Assembly (NCBI RefSeq): GCF_009914755.1
Contig: NC_060932.1
DNA: 64,000 bases
Direction: 5' to 3' (one strand)
From: the human T2T-CHM13v2.0 reference genome, Homo sapiens
How positions within the stretch are numbered: position 1 is the first letter of the stretch; every line of letters starts with the position of its first letter. The position numbers were made by a program, and so were the translations under genes. This document shows, one piece after another, positions 19,756-33,912 of this stretch. Below the pieces are notes generated by a model that saw only the letters and a list, made by a program, of their open reading frames with translations, made no database searches and was not told the DNA's origin.

Positions 19756-20524
19756 AGTAGCAAGTTGCAGCAGTGGCATCCATGGTAGTTGTCTAAGTTA
19801 TGGAAGGAAATGCTTGACATTTTGGGGGTTTGGCTATGGAAATGTTTGATAAAATACCCTTCCATTGTGACACTACACATTCTTTTTTATTTTCCTCTAC
19901 TTCCATGCAAGTACACTGTGGCTTCAATTTGATTTTGTCAGTGTCAGTGTTGGACAAAAATCATCAAGTCCTGCCTATAGCTCTCTGGTAGCCCACCCTC
20001 TCCCTTTTAGAGCCTGCTCAGATTGGGTAATGGGAAGTTAATTGATAAAACAGCAGGTTTTTTGCAATCCATTCTCTTCCTATGAGACTTCTTTGTAATC
20101 TTTCTATAAACAGGTTAATGGTAGACTTGGCAAACAGCTAAATGGTGTTTAGGATGTACCTGTTTGTGTAGGATTGTTTGTGGTAACCAGACCTGGAATC
20201 TACAAATAGATGGAGCATGACCTCCTAGAATACACCACATATATATGCTATGTGACTGTGGGTATAAGATGGAAAACCTTCATGCCTGATGTGGCCCTCT
20301 TCTGTGCAAGTGATGTGAACTGCATGCAGACCTTAGAGGTCACACATGACCCATGGCAGGAAAGGTCCTGGAGAGCTGCTCTGAGGGTGGCAGACCTCTC
20401 TCTGCTTCCCCTGTGGCTCACAATGACTCCTGAAATTACTAGTAAAGCTTGATGCTGGGTGAGATCTCAGGTTCTCTGGCATCTTTATTGACAATCTGAG
20501 CCTGTGTGCTATGTCAGGTAGTAA

Positions 20525-20645
20525 GGTGAGTGCCATGGAAGGTAGTACAGTGCCTGGTATATAAAAATGCTCCCCCCCATACTTGTTGAATAAAAGGATA
20601 AATGAATAAGAGAGTAAATGGAAAAATGAATGAGTGAATGAATGG
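20525..20645. mobile_element. L2 terminal remnant
   Basis: 'cagtgcctggtatata...acttgttgaataaa...aatgaatgagtgaatgaatg'. Confidence 0.55.
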
Positions 20646-21070
20646 GGACTTTTTCTTCCTATTGTCAGTTGTGAATCACCAGAAGACATTAAAAGAAACA
20701 AAACACCCAAGAGTGACTCTTTAGTCTTGGATTTCCAGGTATCTTGATTGGCTAAAAGAGAGGAAACAGGGGCAGAAGACTCCTGAAATTCTTCAGACCT
20801 AGCCTCCTTCCTGTTGCAAGTGCTTGTATGGATTTTTGGGGGGATAGGGGAAGTATTTTTTTAAATTTTTTAAAGGATAAAGCAAAATGAAATTGTCTGA
20901 ATTTAAGTCAAGGAGTAATTTGGTCTGATTATACGGTACTTAAGTCTGAACCTGTATGACATTTGCTAATTGGCCTGACTGCAACTACCTTTAAAGGGCC
21001 ATTATGTGGAACAAAACAGGTTATTGAATTAATAAACAGAGAGAGCTCTTACAATAAATTTTAGGACTTA

Positions 21071-21150
21071 TTACACATTATAGACATGTACCAACATATC
21101 ACATGTACCTCATAAATATGTACAATTATTTTGTATCAATTTAGAAAAAG
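21071..21150 (+). mobile_element. 80-bp severely 5'-truncated L1MA 3' end with 15-bp TSD
   Basis: 'acatatcacatgtacctcataaatatgtacaattattttgtatcaat' plus A tail; TSD aaat(t/c)ttaggactta at 21056-21070 and 21151-21165. Confidence 0.8.
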
Positions 21151-22599
21151 AAATCTTAGGACTTAAAAAAGCGTGAATCAACCAAGGCCTACTGAATATA
21201 TTTTGAAATTACAGATTTTTTTGGCAGCGTATAATAAGCTAAGTGGTTACATTCTAAGATTCCTTCCTTCTTAGCACAGTGGGATTCTCCATTCTATGCA
21301 AATCAAGCCTGGCATCATTGAATGGAATCTTATTGGTCTTACTGGAAGATACTCAGGGGGGAAATAGAACTGCCCTGGAGAAGACTTTTTAAAGCCCTGC
21401 GTACTTTTTTCCTGAAAGAGTATACCTTCAAGCTTTTATGCTGCAAGAGGGCAAGGCGTCCACCACGGACCTCACTGAGGATTTATTCAGGGTTCAGGAT
21501 GTTATATTTGTCACTGCAAAGAAACTAGAGCTAAATTGATAAAGTTCTTTATAAATTGGATGTAAGCAAAGTAATTGGAAAACCCCCAAACAAGAAAACT
21601 CTACCACTGTAAATTCTGCTCATATCTGTTTTGCTCACCATTGTATTGTAGTCGTATTGTCTGGCACAGTACTTGATAGCAACCTGCTTACCTTTCTTCT
21701 AATGCTTGATACTTCAAATGTTTATGTGGCCATCAGGTACTTGGGATATCCAGTCATTCCTTCTGGCTTCGAGCCTATTATTTGAGAGCAAAATTGAGAA
21801 GCTATAGTTGTTTGCTGTAAGTGCTATATTTGTGACAATTTCCACAGGTACACCAAGATTCTGGGGTCTGCTGTGGGAGCCACAGGCTAGCTAACTTCAG
21901 GATAAGATATTTAAGGAAAGCAATCCTGTAATTATGTTAGCAAAGATTTGTAAACAGAAAGAAAAGCTGCAGCCTGCCAAAGTATTTTTAAGAAGAGACA
22001 TACTGTTGATTTGTTCCACATTTAACAACTAACATAAATAAGCAAATTCCTGCCTTTTGTCATGTGTCAGACATTCGGTCCTCTAGAAGAATGGCATCTA
22101 GAAGAAAAACACATCTGGTTTCTGAGCCCAGCCCTGTCCATCAAGAAAACAGATGGGTTTGAAAGAGACCAGAAGGCAGGACCACGGAGTAAGCTACAGG
22201 CATTTTTCTAACTGGAATTTCCTTCTTGGTAATTTGAAGCTTGAGACAGTCCCTGAATATTGAAACTCCATTTCATGCATTTATAATGTGATATGGAATA
22301 TGAAAAATCAGAAATAGGAATGATGGTAGGAACAGAGACTGTTGCCCACATTTAAATCCTTGTATTTACCATTCAAGAGTTTATCTCTAATGATAGCAGT
22401 GTGCTAGAATACAAAGAGATGAACACAAGGAAAAATGCATTCACCAAAAATTACACTTTGCATTCTATCTTTGGGTAAATGGCTTGCCATCTTTCGTTTT
22501 AGTATCCTCATCTTCAAAGTGAAAGATTAGGCAGATGATTCTCTACATTCCTGTTATCTTTAGAATTCCAGGACTCATACATACTCTGATGGAATTCTC

Positions 22600-22840
22600 C
22601 ACTGGTACAGCCTTTCCAAAGGACCATATATATCAAATATATCAAAGACCCTAGAAATGATCATATATTTTGACTCAGCAATTTCACTTTAAATAGTATA
22701 TCTTGAGGAAATAAACAGGAATGTATGCAAATATGTATGTACAAGATATTTATTACAAAGTAGCTTATAATAATATTTTGGAAGCAATAAAAATAGTCAT
22801 GTGTGATTATATGTAAATATGTGATGGTATATTCATAGGC
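22600..22840 (+). mobile_element. Old L1 (L1ME-like) 3' fragment
   Basis: 'catatattttgactcagcaatttcactttaaatagtatatcttgaggaaata...tgtacaagatatttattaca'. Confidence 0.6.
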
Positions 22841-23118
22841 TTGAAAAAAAAATTTCTATGTCAGCCTCAGCAATATTTCCTTTTTATTAAATGGCATGGC
22901 TAAAAAAAGAATAGACAAACTGTTCTGGTCAATAAGATTTTCGGCAATGAAATTCACAATCAGTAGCATCTGACTAAAGCTTTGGCTCTGGGCTTTCAGA
23001 AGTACTCCATACCTGGTGCTCTAGCAAAGGCAGGAAGCTGCTCTAGTTCAATATTAAGATTCAGTCTTGAGGCAGGAAAATGAAGAGGGGACCAGGGCCT
23101 GGCCTGAGAGTCACTCAC

Positions 23119-23314
23119 CAGGCTGCTGTTGGTACTTGGGAGATTCAGGTCGGTATAACTTGGTATTCAAACAGTTCAGCAATAAGTGACACCAGGGATC
23201 CAGATGCATCTTCTCGGTGGGCAGAGCATAGACAATGATGGGCAATACAGTCAGATGTCCAGGAAAGAGGTGGAACTGAAGATCTTCCAATTGGTGGCAG
23301 GCCTCAAGGATGGG
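23119..23314 (-). other. Candidate internal exon (196 nt) of an unidentified, probably non-coding, minus-strand transcript
   Basis: Minus strand: long polypyrimidine tract tgcctctctttctttacctctttccccacaatttcttcctttttcttgaatcccAG| ... CTG|GTGAGT donor; no repeat recognised. Confidence 0.4.
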
Positions 23315-24029
23315 CTGGGATTCAAGAAAAAGGAAGAAATTGTGGGGAAAGAGGTAAAGAAAGAGAGGCACTGTATTGTTATCTAAGCGTGGAGTACATG
23401 GGGTAGAGAGGTGTGGGAATTTGACCTTGAAAATCAAGAGCCTTCTTCTCAGAACAGGTAAGGCAAGGAGTGACAATTTAGACTCATCATTCAGAAACCT
23501 CATTAACTGGATCCACAGCTCTCTTCGATGTAACCAAGAGGGTGTATCCAAGCTCTGTCTCTAATCAAAAGTCTCATGGGTGGGGAAGCCTGGTAAGCCT
23601 GGACTGGAAAAGTGAGAAGGCGGTAATGCTATGATCCAGCTGTGCGTCTCTGGGATCTCTGCTACTCTATGATCTTTGCCATTATGGGGAACAGACTGAT
23701 GCTGTAGCATCGGTCAAATTCATGCCAGTCAGCCAGCAGAAACCAATCCAAGGACACAAATGGAGCCACACAAAAGCGTGTGAAATAAGAAATTTGATGG
23801 TTCACTTTAAATGCCACCATATTTTTCAGTTCTATGAAATTTTTTATTTTACAACTGTTTTTGGACTATCATGTAGAAGCAATGTGTATTTACAGGTGTC
23901 TACTGCACAGACCTCACTCTACAGTCCAATGATTTGCTTAATTATGAAAAAATGTAAAACAACAGTAAAAACAGACAAAATTATATTATAAAATAATAAT
24001 ACAATAATATGTAATAGTATTATTTATAT

Positions 24030-24056
24030 GTATATATATACACACACACACACACA
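24030..24056. repeat. (TA)n(CA)n compound microsatellite
   Basis: gtatatatatacacacacacacacaca. Confidence 0.85.
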
Positions 24057-24329
24057 AAAACCCCACATAAATCAACAGGCATTTGTTGAATACCTGCCAT
24101 GTATCATGGACTTTACCATGCCCCAGGAAACAAAGATGAGTCTTAAACAGTCCTGGCCTGTGAGGTACTCTCTGTTTACTCCATAACCAACAGGATAACT
24201 GTAAATTCTTGGCAGCTAGGGGCCACTTTTCTCCTATATCTATTGATCCCACACTTTTGCCTCATCTACCACCTCTCATGTTTACTGATGCAGAGGCTTA
24301 ATATACTTGGCCCAGCACTATAATAAAAA

Positions 24330-24540
24330 CTAACAATTTCTTAACACTTATGATATGCGGAGCCCTTTTCTAAGATCTTATAGTGTTAATTCACAACAAC
24401 TCAATGAAGTAGAGACTTTTATGATTCCTGAGTTACAGGGGGTCAAGAAATCTGCTTATGGTCACAGCTGCTAAGTAGGAAGTTGGTGTTTGAACCCAGA
24501 CAGTCTTGTTTCAGGGTACAGGTGCTTAACAATTATGCTT
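24330..24540 (-). mobile_element. MIR
   Basis: 'tcacaacaactcaatgaagtag...ggtcacagctgctaagtaggaagttggtgtttgaacccagacagtct'. Confidence 0.7.
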
Positions 24541-25369
24541 TGTTGTACCAGTGGCAAGCAAAAGAAGGGCGTAGTCTTTGCCACTGAGGAATTTAGAATC
24601 TACTTTTGGAAGATAAAGCTAAATTGCTGAGAGCTGTGGAAGACAGCACGCAAGGCAGAGTGCAGACTATAGACACCGCAGGGGTTGAAGAAGGTGAGTT
24701 CAGCAGTAGGGGAAGGCTTATTTGAGAGTGTGTCTGGGAAAGTAAATAGGATTTGGGAAATGGAAATGTAAGGTGGTGTAGGGGGTGTTTGGGGCATGGG
24801 AATGAGTCAAGTGTGTGTCAGGAACACAACCGAGTGCCCTCTAATGGCCACTGTTCTACCAGGCATTGGGTCCTGGAGGAGGGGGGAGGGAAGCTAGGAG
24901 GTGGTTTCTCTTTTTTGCCCTTGAGGACAAAAATGTTTCAGCGAACATCTTTTATGTATGCAGTACTATTTCTGAAAAGCTAAAAGTAACCTACAGGGCC
25001 TTATCAATTTTAAAAAAGCAAATCTTTTCTATAGAATTTTCAAAAACTGGTAGGACTCCTCTTAAAAATTCTAAACATTTGTTTTTTTATCTTCTTTGAT
25101 CTATATGAAATTATTCAACAGTCAAGGACCAAAGTAATTACTACCATTGAAATGATACATTATTAAAAATGCGTTTAAAGCTGATCTCTCCTTTATTTTA
25201 AACATAAGTACAAGACACTAACAGTTGTGCAAAAGGAAGATAAAGTCTGTGCCACAATGATGCCAAAGCCTTCAATCAATTTGATTGACTGAGGGAAAAT
25301 AGGCCAAAGCTTGTATCACAGAGCTAAAGTAAAAAAAAAAAAAACCCAAAGAAAAAGAAAAGTAATGTT

Positions 25370-25560
25370 TTTAAAGTACTTCCCACATGCCAGGATTTCT
25401 GTTAGTTTTTTCATGCACTATCTATTTTATTAGTCACAAAAATTCTATGAGATGCTTGTATTCCCATTTTATGGATGAGAGAACTGAGGATTTGAAAGAT
25501 TATCTTCCCCAAATCAAGACAGAGCACAGACTTGGATCCAGACTTTCTGAATCATTATCC
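25370..25560 (-). mobile_element. MIR
   Basis: 'ttcccattttatggatgagagaactgagg'. Confidence 0.65.
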
Positions 25561-26554
25561 CATGTGTTTAGCAACCCCATTTGGCTTAGTTCCCAAATGT
25601 AGCTGGTGTGACTCACAATGACATGAAGTCTCCTCTCCAGGTCGGCTCTGAGACCCTTGGGTTCAGATTCCCTCCAGTATCTCCTTCTGGTGTTTCAGCG
25701 TAGCAAGGGAAGCCTATAGTGGTGTGTAGATAAAATATCTGAAAAACTGGCTTATAATTTCAATATTCCCCTTGAATTCTTGCTGTCATACCAGAACATT
25801 TCACAGCTTACCCAAAGGTTCAGAAAGAAAACCCAGGTTTTCTTTTTCTTAAGCCAAAGCTTCACCTTCTCATCTACTGGATTTTTCCACTGGATCTAAG
25901 TGAAGTTTGTTTCAAGGTGTGGCATGCAGACAAACAGATCAAACAGAAAGAACATCTCTGATTACTCTGATTTCTGTAATAAGATAGAGCCTATAAGACA
26001 TTAAGGACTGGATGTGAGGGACAGAGGCAGCTCTCTGGCTGACTGTGCCTGATTTCCATGGCCCTCTGCAAGCCGGCACCAAGTCCTAGCCCAGGCACAG
26101 TGTGCTGTGAATTTGGAGCTCTTGGAAATTGGCATGGGCTTGACATATAGCTAAATATATTTTGATACCTTGGAGACAGAATTTAGGATGTCTTGGACAT
26201 GAGAAATTGGAGATATTGGTGGCAAAAAGAAAGAGTAAATTGTGATCATCATTGGGACTTCAAAATGAAAAGATCACCCAGATTGACATGAAATGTTCTA
26301 GCAGTCCTTCCTGAAGGGAACTTCTACCCATGACAAGGTGCTTTTTGTTTTTGTTTTTGTTTTTGTTTTGTAATGTATATATTGGTCTCTAGGGAGCATT
26401 TTGAAAATTGGAGCTTTGACAAAACTCCCAGGGCTTTAGATCCTGGTGTCTCTCTCTCTCTCTTTTTTTTTTTCTAGTTGTAAAATAGAAATCTAAAATG
26501 ATCAAAAAAGATAAATAAATATAGAAAGATCAAAAAATAACAAACATTACCTCC

Positions 26555-26715
26555 TAATTACTTATCTTTTCTAAGCATCAGTTTCTTCATTGGTAAGATG
26601 GAAATAATAACAGTACTTCACACATCTTTTTTTTAGAATTAAATTAAACAATCCCTGTATAAAGGTGCTTAGCATATTGCCTTATTGCTTAGCACATAGT
26701 AAAAAACTCATAATA
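26555..26715 (+). mobile_element. MIR
   Basis: 'catcagtttcttcattggtaagatggaaataataacagtac...aaggtgcttagca'. Confidence 0.65.
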
Positions 26716-28357
26716 AATGAAGATATTATTATTAATGGTATTATATTAAATGTGACCATTAATAAACAATATAAAATATCTTGATTCCTTTGGTAAACAA
26801 AACTCCATCTCTAAATTGAAACTAACGGTACTCTGGGGTCGTCACTGCCTTTGGATTCAGGCTTAAGAACTCATTGGTGCGAGGCCGTGTCCACTGTGGT
26901 TCTTCTGGTAGCTAATATCCCTTGGCTGGGGGCCAAAGCACATGAGTTAGCTGAATTTTATATGACAAGTCTAGGCCATCCTTTTTGGTATTTATATAAG
27001 AATGCTTTTAGGCTAGTTTTAAAATCTTTTATTTTGTGACAATCTGTGACTTCACTTTTATTAAGTTACTTTCTCTACTATTTTAGAACAGATTGGAACA
27101 ATTTGATTATAATACAAAATATTCAGTGCTAAATAGTCTATCTTTTTATGCACAATATGCTAACCCTTGGGGAGCTGAGCTGACCTCAGATTTTGGGCTT
27201 ACATTTGCTTTTCCCACACTGTGTCAACTTAATGAAGAAAACAAACAAAACAAAACAAAACAAAACAAAAACACAACAGAAACGAAACCCCCCTTTATCT
27301 CAGGGAAATGGCAGATTCTAATTGTAAAGGTTTATCTTCTTTTAACTATGGTCTAGGAGAGTAGTTTTGCTACTTTATCCCAGCTCTAATATCACAAGAA
27401 ATGGAAAATTCATGCATGCAAATATTGTTTATGAATATAGGCAACTCTAGATGCATTTTTTATGAACATGGAACATTTGGCTTTGCATCTGGTAGTGTGG
27501 AGAATAACAAATCCGGCTCTGCACCCTAGGAGACATCCAGATTACTTTATTATTACAATGTTTTCAATAACTCCAGGCACTTTTCAGACACCTGGATATT
27601 CATGAATGGTTTAAACCTCCCTGATAGCATTTTATTCATACAACTTTTTGAAGTTAGAGATCATTTGAGTTAGCTGGGTTTCTAAAAGCATGTGGAAAAT
27701 AAATGCAAATCTTAGACCTCCTAATATGTTAGTGCTTTATTTCAGCATTGCCACTCTTTTCAAAGATTGGCCAAATCTTTGGGGCTTGTGATGGTCACCA
27801 TTGAAGTTCAAGGCTTCCCTCTGGAACACATCGTACTTTCTGTTAGTCTCAAGTCATCTAAGTCTCAAGTCACTTTCTTGATTTGTGGTGGGATAAATGT
27901 AATTTCTCTGTAGAACTTAATGTAGACATTGATTAATCTAAATTAGTCTTTCACATCTTTATAAGTAACTCATCATTATGATATCTAACATTTAAGTTTT
28001 TTAAGTATCTCTTAGAAATCTCTGGTTTTCATCTTACCCAGGCACTCTATTGTTTGAAAGGAATTGGATGGAAAAAGAAGACTTGGCTTTTAGTACAAAA
28101 CCCACTAGAGAGCCCTTGGAAAGTTTATTTGTGCTCTTGTATATTTTGACATTCACTCAGTAGGTGAACTTACACAGAAGAGAGCCGTGTCTAATAGGAC
28201 TGTCTGATTCTATTTATTTTTTGTTATCATCTTGCAGTGCTGTTTTTGGCACACAGTTATGGAAGTCACTAGTCTCCCAAAAAAACCATGGATAATCCTG
28301 TGCCAATCACTTCAAGTTGCCCTAAACACCTCAACATTGACATTTTCCATGCAGTAA

Positions 28358-28831
<474 letters not shown>

Positions 28832-29585
28832 TGATTTTTGGTTTTAATGTTTAGGTTTTAGGTTTTGTTTGTTTGTTTGTTTGTTTTTGGTACAAGTCAA
28901 ATGATAACAGTTGTGTATGGGCTTTTGACTGAGACCTAGGAAATAGACACTGTCTGAGGATTCTAGATTCTAACTTTTGGAATACAGAAGAAGTCCTCTT
29001 CAAACAGTTTGTAAGCTCTTTTAATCTTACACTTTTATTTATAAAATATTTAAGCCCCACTCCAGTACATGTTTACAGACTTACCATCTCACAGTTCTAT
29101 GCTGAAATGGCCTTCTCAGGGCCCCCAAGGCTGAACGTGCTCTCAGCCTTCTTCTGCTCTGAGCCCCTTGCTGAGTGAACGAGTTCATACATCTGCCACT
29201 GCAGTAACAGAGAGTTTGTATTATATATCACCAGCAAACATTAGAAAGATGAAGTAGCCACAATGAAATATCACCTTATACCCATGAGGATAGCTGCTAT
29301 TAAAAAAAATCAGAAAATAACGAGTGTTGGTGTGCCATGGAGAAATTGGAACCCTTGTGCACTGTTGGCAGGAATGTGAGGTGGTGCAGCTGCTATGGGA
29401 AACAGTATGGAGGTTCCTCAAAAAATTAAAAATAAAATTACTACATTATCTAGCATTTCCACTTCTGGGTGTATCTCCAAAAGGATTGAAGGAAGGGTCC
29501 TGAGAAGATATTTGTAACTCATGTCCATAGCAGCATTATTCACAATAGCCAAAAGGTGGAAATAACCCAAGTGCTCATCAACAGA

Positions 29586-29977
29586 TGAATGTGTCCCTCC
29601 ACAATTCATAAGTTGGAACTTATCTCCCAAAGTGATGGAATGAAGAGATGGGGCCCTTAGGAGGCGATTAAGACATGGGATTAATGCCCTTACGGAAGGG
29701 CTTGAGGAGTGCATTTGCCACTTTCTTCCATGTCTTCTACCTTATGAGGACACCACATTTGTCCTTTTTGCCCTTCCTTCCGTCTCTTCTGCCATGTGAG
29801 GACAGAGTGTTAATACCCTCCAGGGGACACTGCAACAAGGTGCCTTCTTGGAAACAGACTTGCAGATGCTTTGTTCTTGGATTTCCAGCCTCCAGAACTG
29901 TAGGAAATAACTTTCTGTTCTCTATATATTACTCAGTCTCAGGTATTTTGTTATAGCAACACAGACAGTCAAAGACA
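29586..29977 (+). mobile_element. MaLR LTR (MSTC/MSTD-like), 5' end clipped
   Basis: 'tgaatgtgtccctcc...ccagcctccagaactgtagg...ctcagtctcaggtattttgttatagcaacacagacagtcaaagaca'. Confidence 0.8.
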
Positions 29978-30347
29978 AAGGGATAAAGAAAATGTGGCAT
30001 ATACTTAGAATGAAATATTATTATTCAGCCTTAAAAGGGAAGAAAGTTCAGAATATGCTACAACATGGATGAGGCTTTAGGAGCTTATGCTAAATGAAAT
30101 AAGCCAGACACAAAAAGACACATACTGTATGATTCCACTTATTTGAGGTAGTTGAGGTACCTAGGTCAAATTCATAGAGACAGAAAGTAGAATGGTGGTT
30201 GCCAAAGAATGGAGAATGGGAGAAATGGGGGTTGTTGTTTACTGGGTACAGAGTTTTGCAAAATAAAAAGAGTTGTGGTGGTGGTTGTACAACAAATGTG
30301 AATGTAGTTAACATTACTGAACTGTATGCTTAAAAGTGGTTAAAATT

Positions 30348-30682
<335 letters not shown>

Positions 30683-30814
30683 TTACCACAATTTTTAATA
30701 AAATACGTAAGAGATAAATGCTCATTCTTACTATTTTTTCCTGCCTCTAGTGGGTTATTTTTAATCACCTCACTCTGTAGCCCATCACTTTTAAGGCATG
30801 CTAACAAGCCAAAG

Positions 30815-31218
30815 GTGATAGACACAGAGATGCACCTGCCAGCTCCGCCTCCAAGGAAGGATGCACTGCCCGCCCAAGGGAGTGTGCCCAGCAGATGGTC
30901 CAGCCGTCAGACACTCTGGGACCCACCTCCCCTGCAGATAGCCCCCTTGCTGAAGTGATGCCCTTACAGGACAGCCTGTGTTAGTAATGGAGAGTTAGCA
31001 GGGTCATAAAAGCCCAGCCCTTTCAGCCTGATGTGGGACACTCTGATGGTCAGCTGCTGTTCTAGACTCTCTCACGGGGGCCTGCACTGCACTTCTGCTT
31101 CATCTGCCCAAAGCTACTTCCACCTGTTTCCTTTTCCCAGGTGTGGATTCCTAATAAAGATTTTGTACCCAAACTCCATCTCAGTGTTTTGGATTTTGGA
31201 AAACCCAGCTTGAAACAC
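30815..31218 (+). mobile_element. ERVL LTR (LTR16-like)
   Basis: 'cccaggtgtggattcctaataaa...aaactccatctcagtgt...ggaaaacccagcttgaaaca' 3' motifs. Confidence 0.65.
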
Positions 31219-33912
31219 AGATCAAGATACTATCAAGATTAATGGAAGCAGATTCCCTAATTTCTAAACAAGAGTGAACTTGTGCTTAAGTTGCTTAGTG
31301 AAATGATGAAGGCCATTACATTTGAAGAATGAAATAAGTTAGAGCTCTGAATAGGCAAATGAAGTCCTTTTCTGATTAAGAAACATACATACAAAACCAT
31401 GCACACAAGAACCAAGCTAACATAAAAATTATGCTACAAAATGAATAGAAACTTCTGCTCTGTAAAATTTGCTGTGTTTGTAATTCAGGTAAATCTATTT
31501 TCTGTAAAGCAGGCATGATCAGACATTAATATTTGTACGCCTCATCTAGGGGAATCCTCCCACATTGTAATTGTTGACAGTGATCAATGGGCCTGAACAA
31601 AGAGAGGATAAATAGGTCAATCCATCATCAAACCAGCTCAGTTGTAGGGAGGGGACTATAAAATGGCCCTGAATGGCCACAGTGGGAGCTACCAGATAAG
31701 TGAGTAGTCACCATTTAAATACAGCTACAGTGTACGCTTTTGAGTATTTATAGCCATGTCTCTGGTTTTTCTGTGTGTCTCTGTGAATGCCCCTGGAATC
31801 TTAGAATTTCTATGAGAAATTCCAGATATCTGAGGAATCTTTCTGAACATTATAGTTCCGCTAATGTGAAGAAAAAGTTAGCCCATGAATTTGAGGTCAT
31901 GTTTGCACACATAAAAGAATTAAAGAAATTACAATATAATTTAATTCCTACCTCATTTTGGCTTTAATTATTTGGATATGATAGGACCTTCTTAAACATA
32001 AATATATTTTAAACTTTCAAGGCGTAATGAGAAATCGCTTGTTTGTGACCATGGAAGAAAGAGAGATGTACAAATGTGAAATAATTTGTAAATCCAACTT
32101 AATTATATTTCCATTTGGCTTTCAAATACGGTAAGAAATGATTCTGCCAGGTGTTTCTATACTGTGATATGACAGCTAATACGTATTGAATAAACATAGT
32201 GGACCACATGCAATTTACAGGGATATCTCAGTTTTTTCTTAAAACAATCTGCAAAGAGGGAATTATTATTATATTATTATAATACTCACAATAAGGAGAG
32301 ACACAGCTTAGAGGAACTGAACAACTTGGCAAAAGTTGCATGGGGAGGAAGTAAGAGAAACAGGAGGAAGCAGGAGGCTGGCTCCAGAGTTGGAGCTCCA
32401 AAGACCTGCGCATGAATGAGCCCAGCCAGTTCACTGAATAACTTGTTAAGTTTTGTTCATGTTGTATGAATCGATGGTTTAATTAAATGTTTTAAATCAT
32501 GGAATCATATTATTTTGGACCGACAGATTTTCATTAAAAGACAATAAGACACTTAAATCAACTTTTAAGATTTCTTTCCATTAAAAATATACTTTGCAGT
32601 CTTATTTAAGGAACAAAACACCAGTCCAGTGAGAGTCAATGAATAGTTTTTTTGGATGACTCAGCTAAAGGGGAGAATGGTGGAATGATCTGTTTGATGA
32701 TCTAATCTCAATTACTAGGGACATGATGGTTTTAACTTCCTGAGCTTTGAAATTCACCCAACTCAAAGTTTCATTGCCAGACACGTCATTATCAGTCATT
32801 GTCATGGCAGGGCACAGAAATGGCAAATGCATCCATCTGTCTTCTCTCTCCTCCTCCCTATGCCTATGACAGGCAGTCCTAGAGGACCACAGCACCTGCC
32901 AAGCCCAGATATGGTCAGGATCCATTCTGTCATAGCCCAGGGAGCAGCCATCACAAAAACTCTCCATGAGAACAAAACTTTCTGTAGTTCTCTAGCACTT
33001 GGGGGGCTGTAGGAGTGGAGTTCAAGGTGCAGCTCTGTTTGTAGAACATTTATTATGGGTGTTTTTTTTCAATACCCCTGAACAGTCCCAGTTTGCTCTC
33101 AAATTTTCAAATCAGGGTTGTTGCATTAAGAAAGAGAGATTTTAGGAAAAGGGCTATTCTGTCTCCTTTTCTTGGGTCCTTCTTAGGTAACTGGACAGTT
33201 AAAATGAAAATACGAGCTCATTTAAATTGATAAGAGCTTACTTAACATGTTGGTCTTCTTACTAGTAAGTTTGTAATATTAAAGGATCTTTCTTCCCCCA
33301 TTCAGATTTTATAAACATTTATGTGACAGACATATGTTAGGTGAGTTTAGAATCATTGTCTCTTGGAAACACACTAATTGCAATGTTGGTTACTTCAGAG
33401 ATCTCCACAGTCTAAAGGGAGCAGTTATTTAGGGACAAACCTTTTGGCAAACCTTGTGCAACAGCTCATCCAAATCGCCTTTACTTATGAGTAGAAATGA
33501 ACCTGTGGCTTACAACTAAATAGAAATAAATGTTCTCAGCAGGGAAGAGTCATTACCAATTTAATGAACCAGAGGTCTGTTTATAGCTCTGTGAAGGATC
33601 ATAATGTGTAAATTTAAATAAAACACCATGACTTTCCTTTTAAGTGTTAATATGTGAAATATTGACTTAGTCTATTCCTAACTTAAAAAGTAAGTGCAAA
33701 ATTCAAACTTGTCTATCAAGTTCACTGACAGGCAATGCAATTAGAGAGTCCAGTAGAAATGCAAACAGGCCTCTAAACAATAGCATTGCAGGATCTGGGG
33801 TTCACATTATTGGTCCGTTGTGCTCTCGGTCTCTCATAGGGCTAATGACTTTAATTAGCAATGTGCATTTAAACATATGTTCATATAAACACTTGAATAT
33901 GACAAGTTTCTT

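Noticed and set aside
27845-27871. Direct repeat agtctcaagtca x2
   Set aside because: Simple local slippage duplication with no further structure
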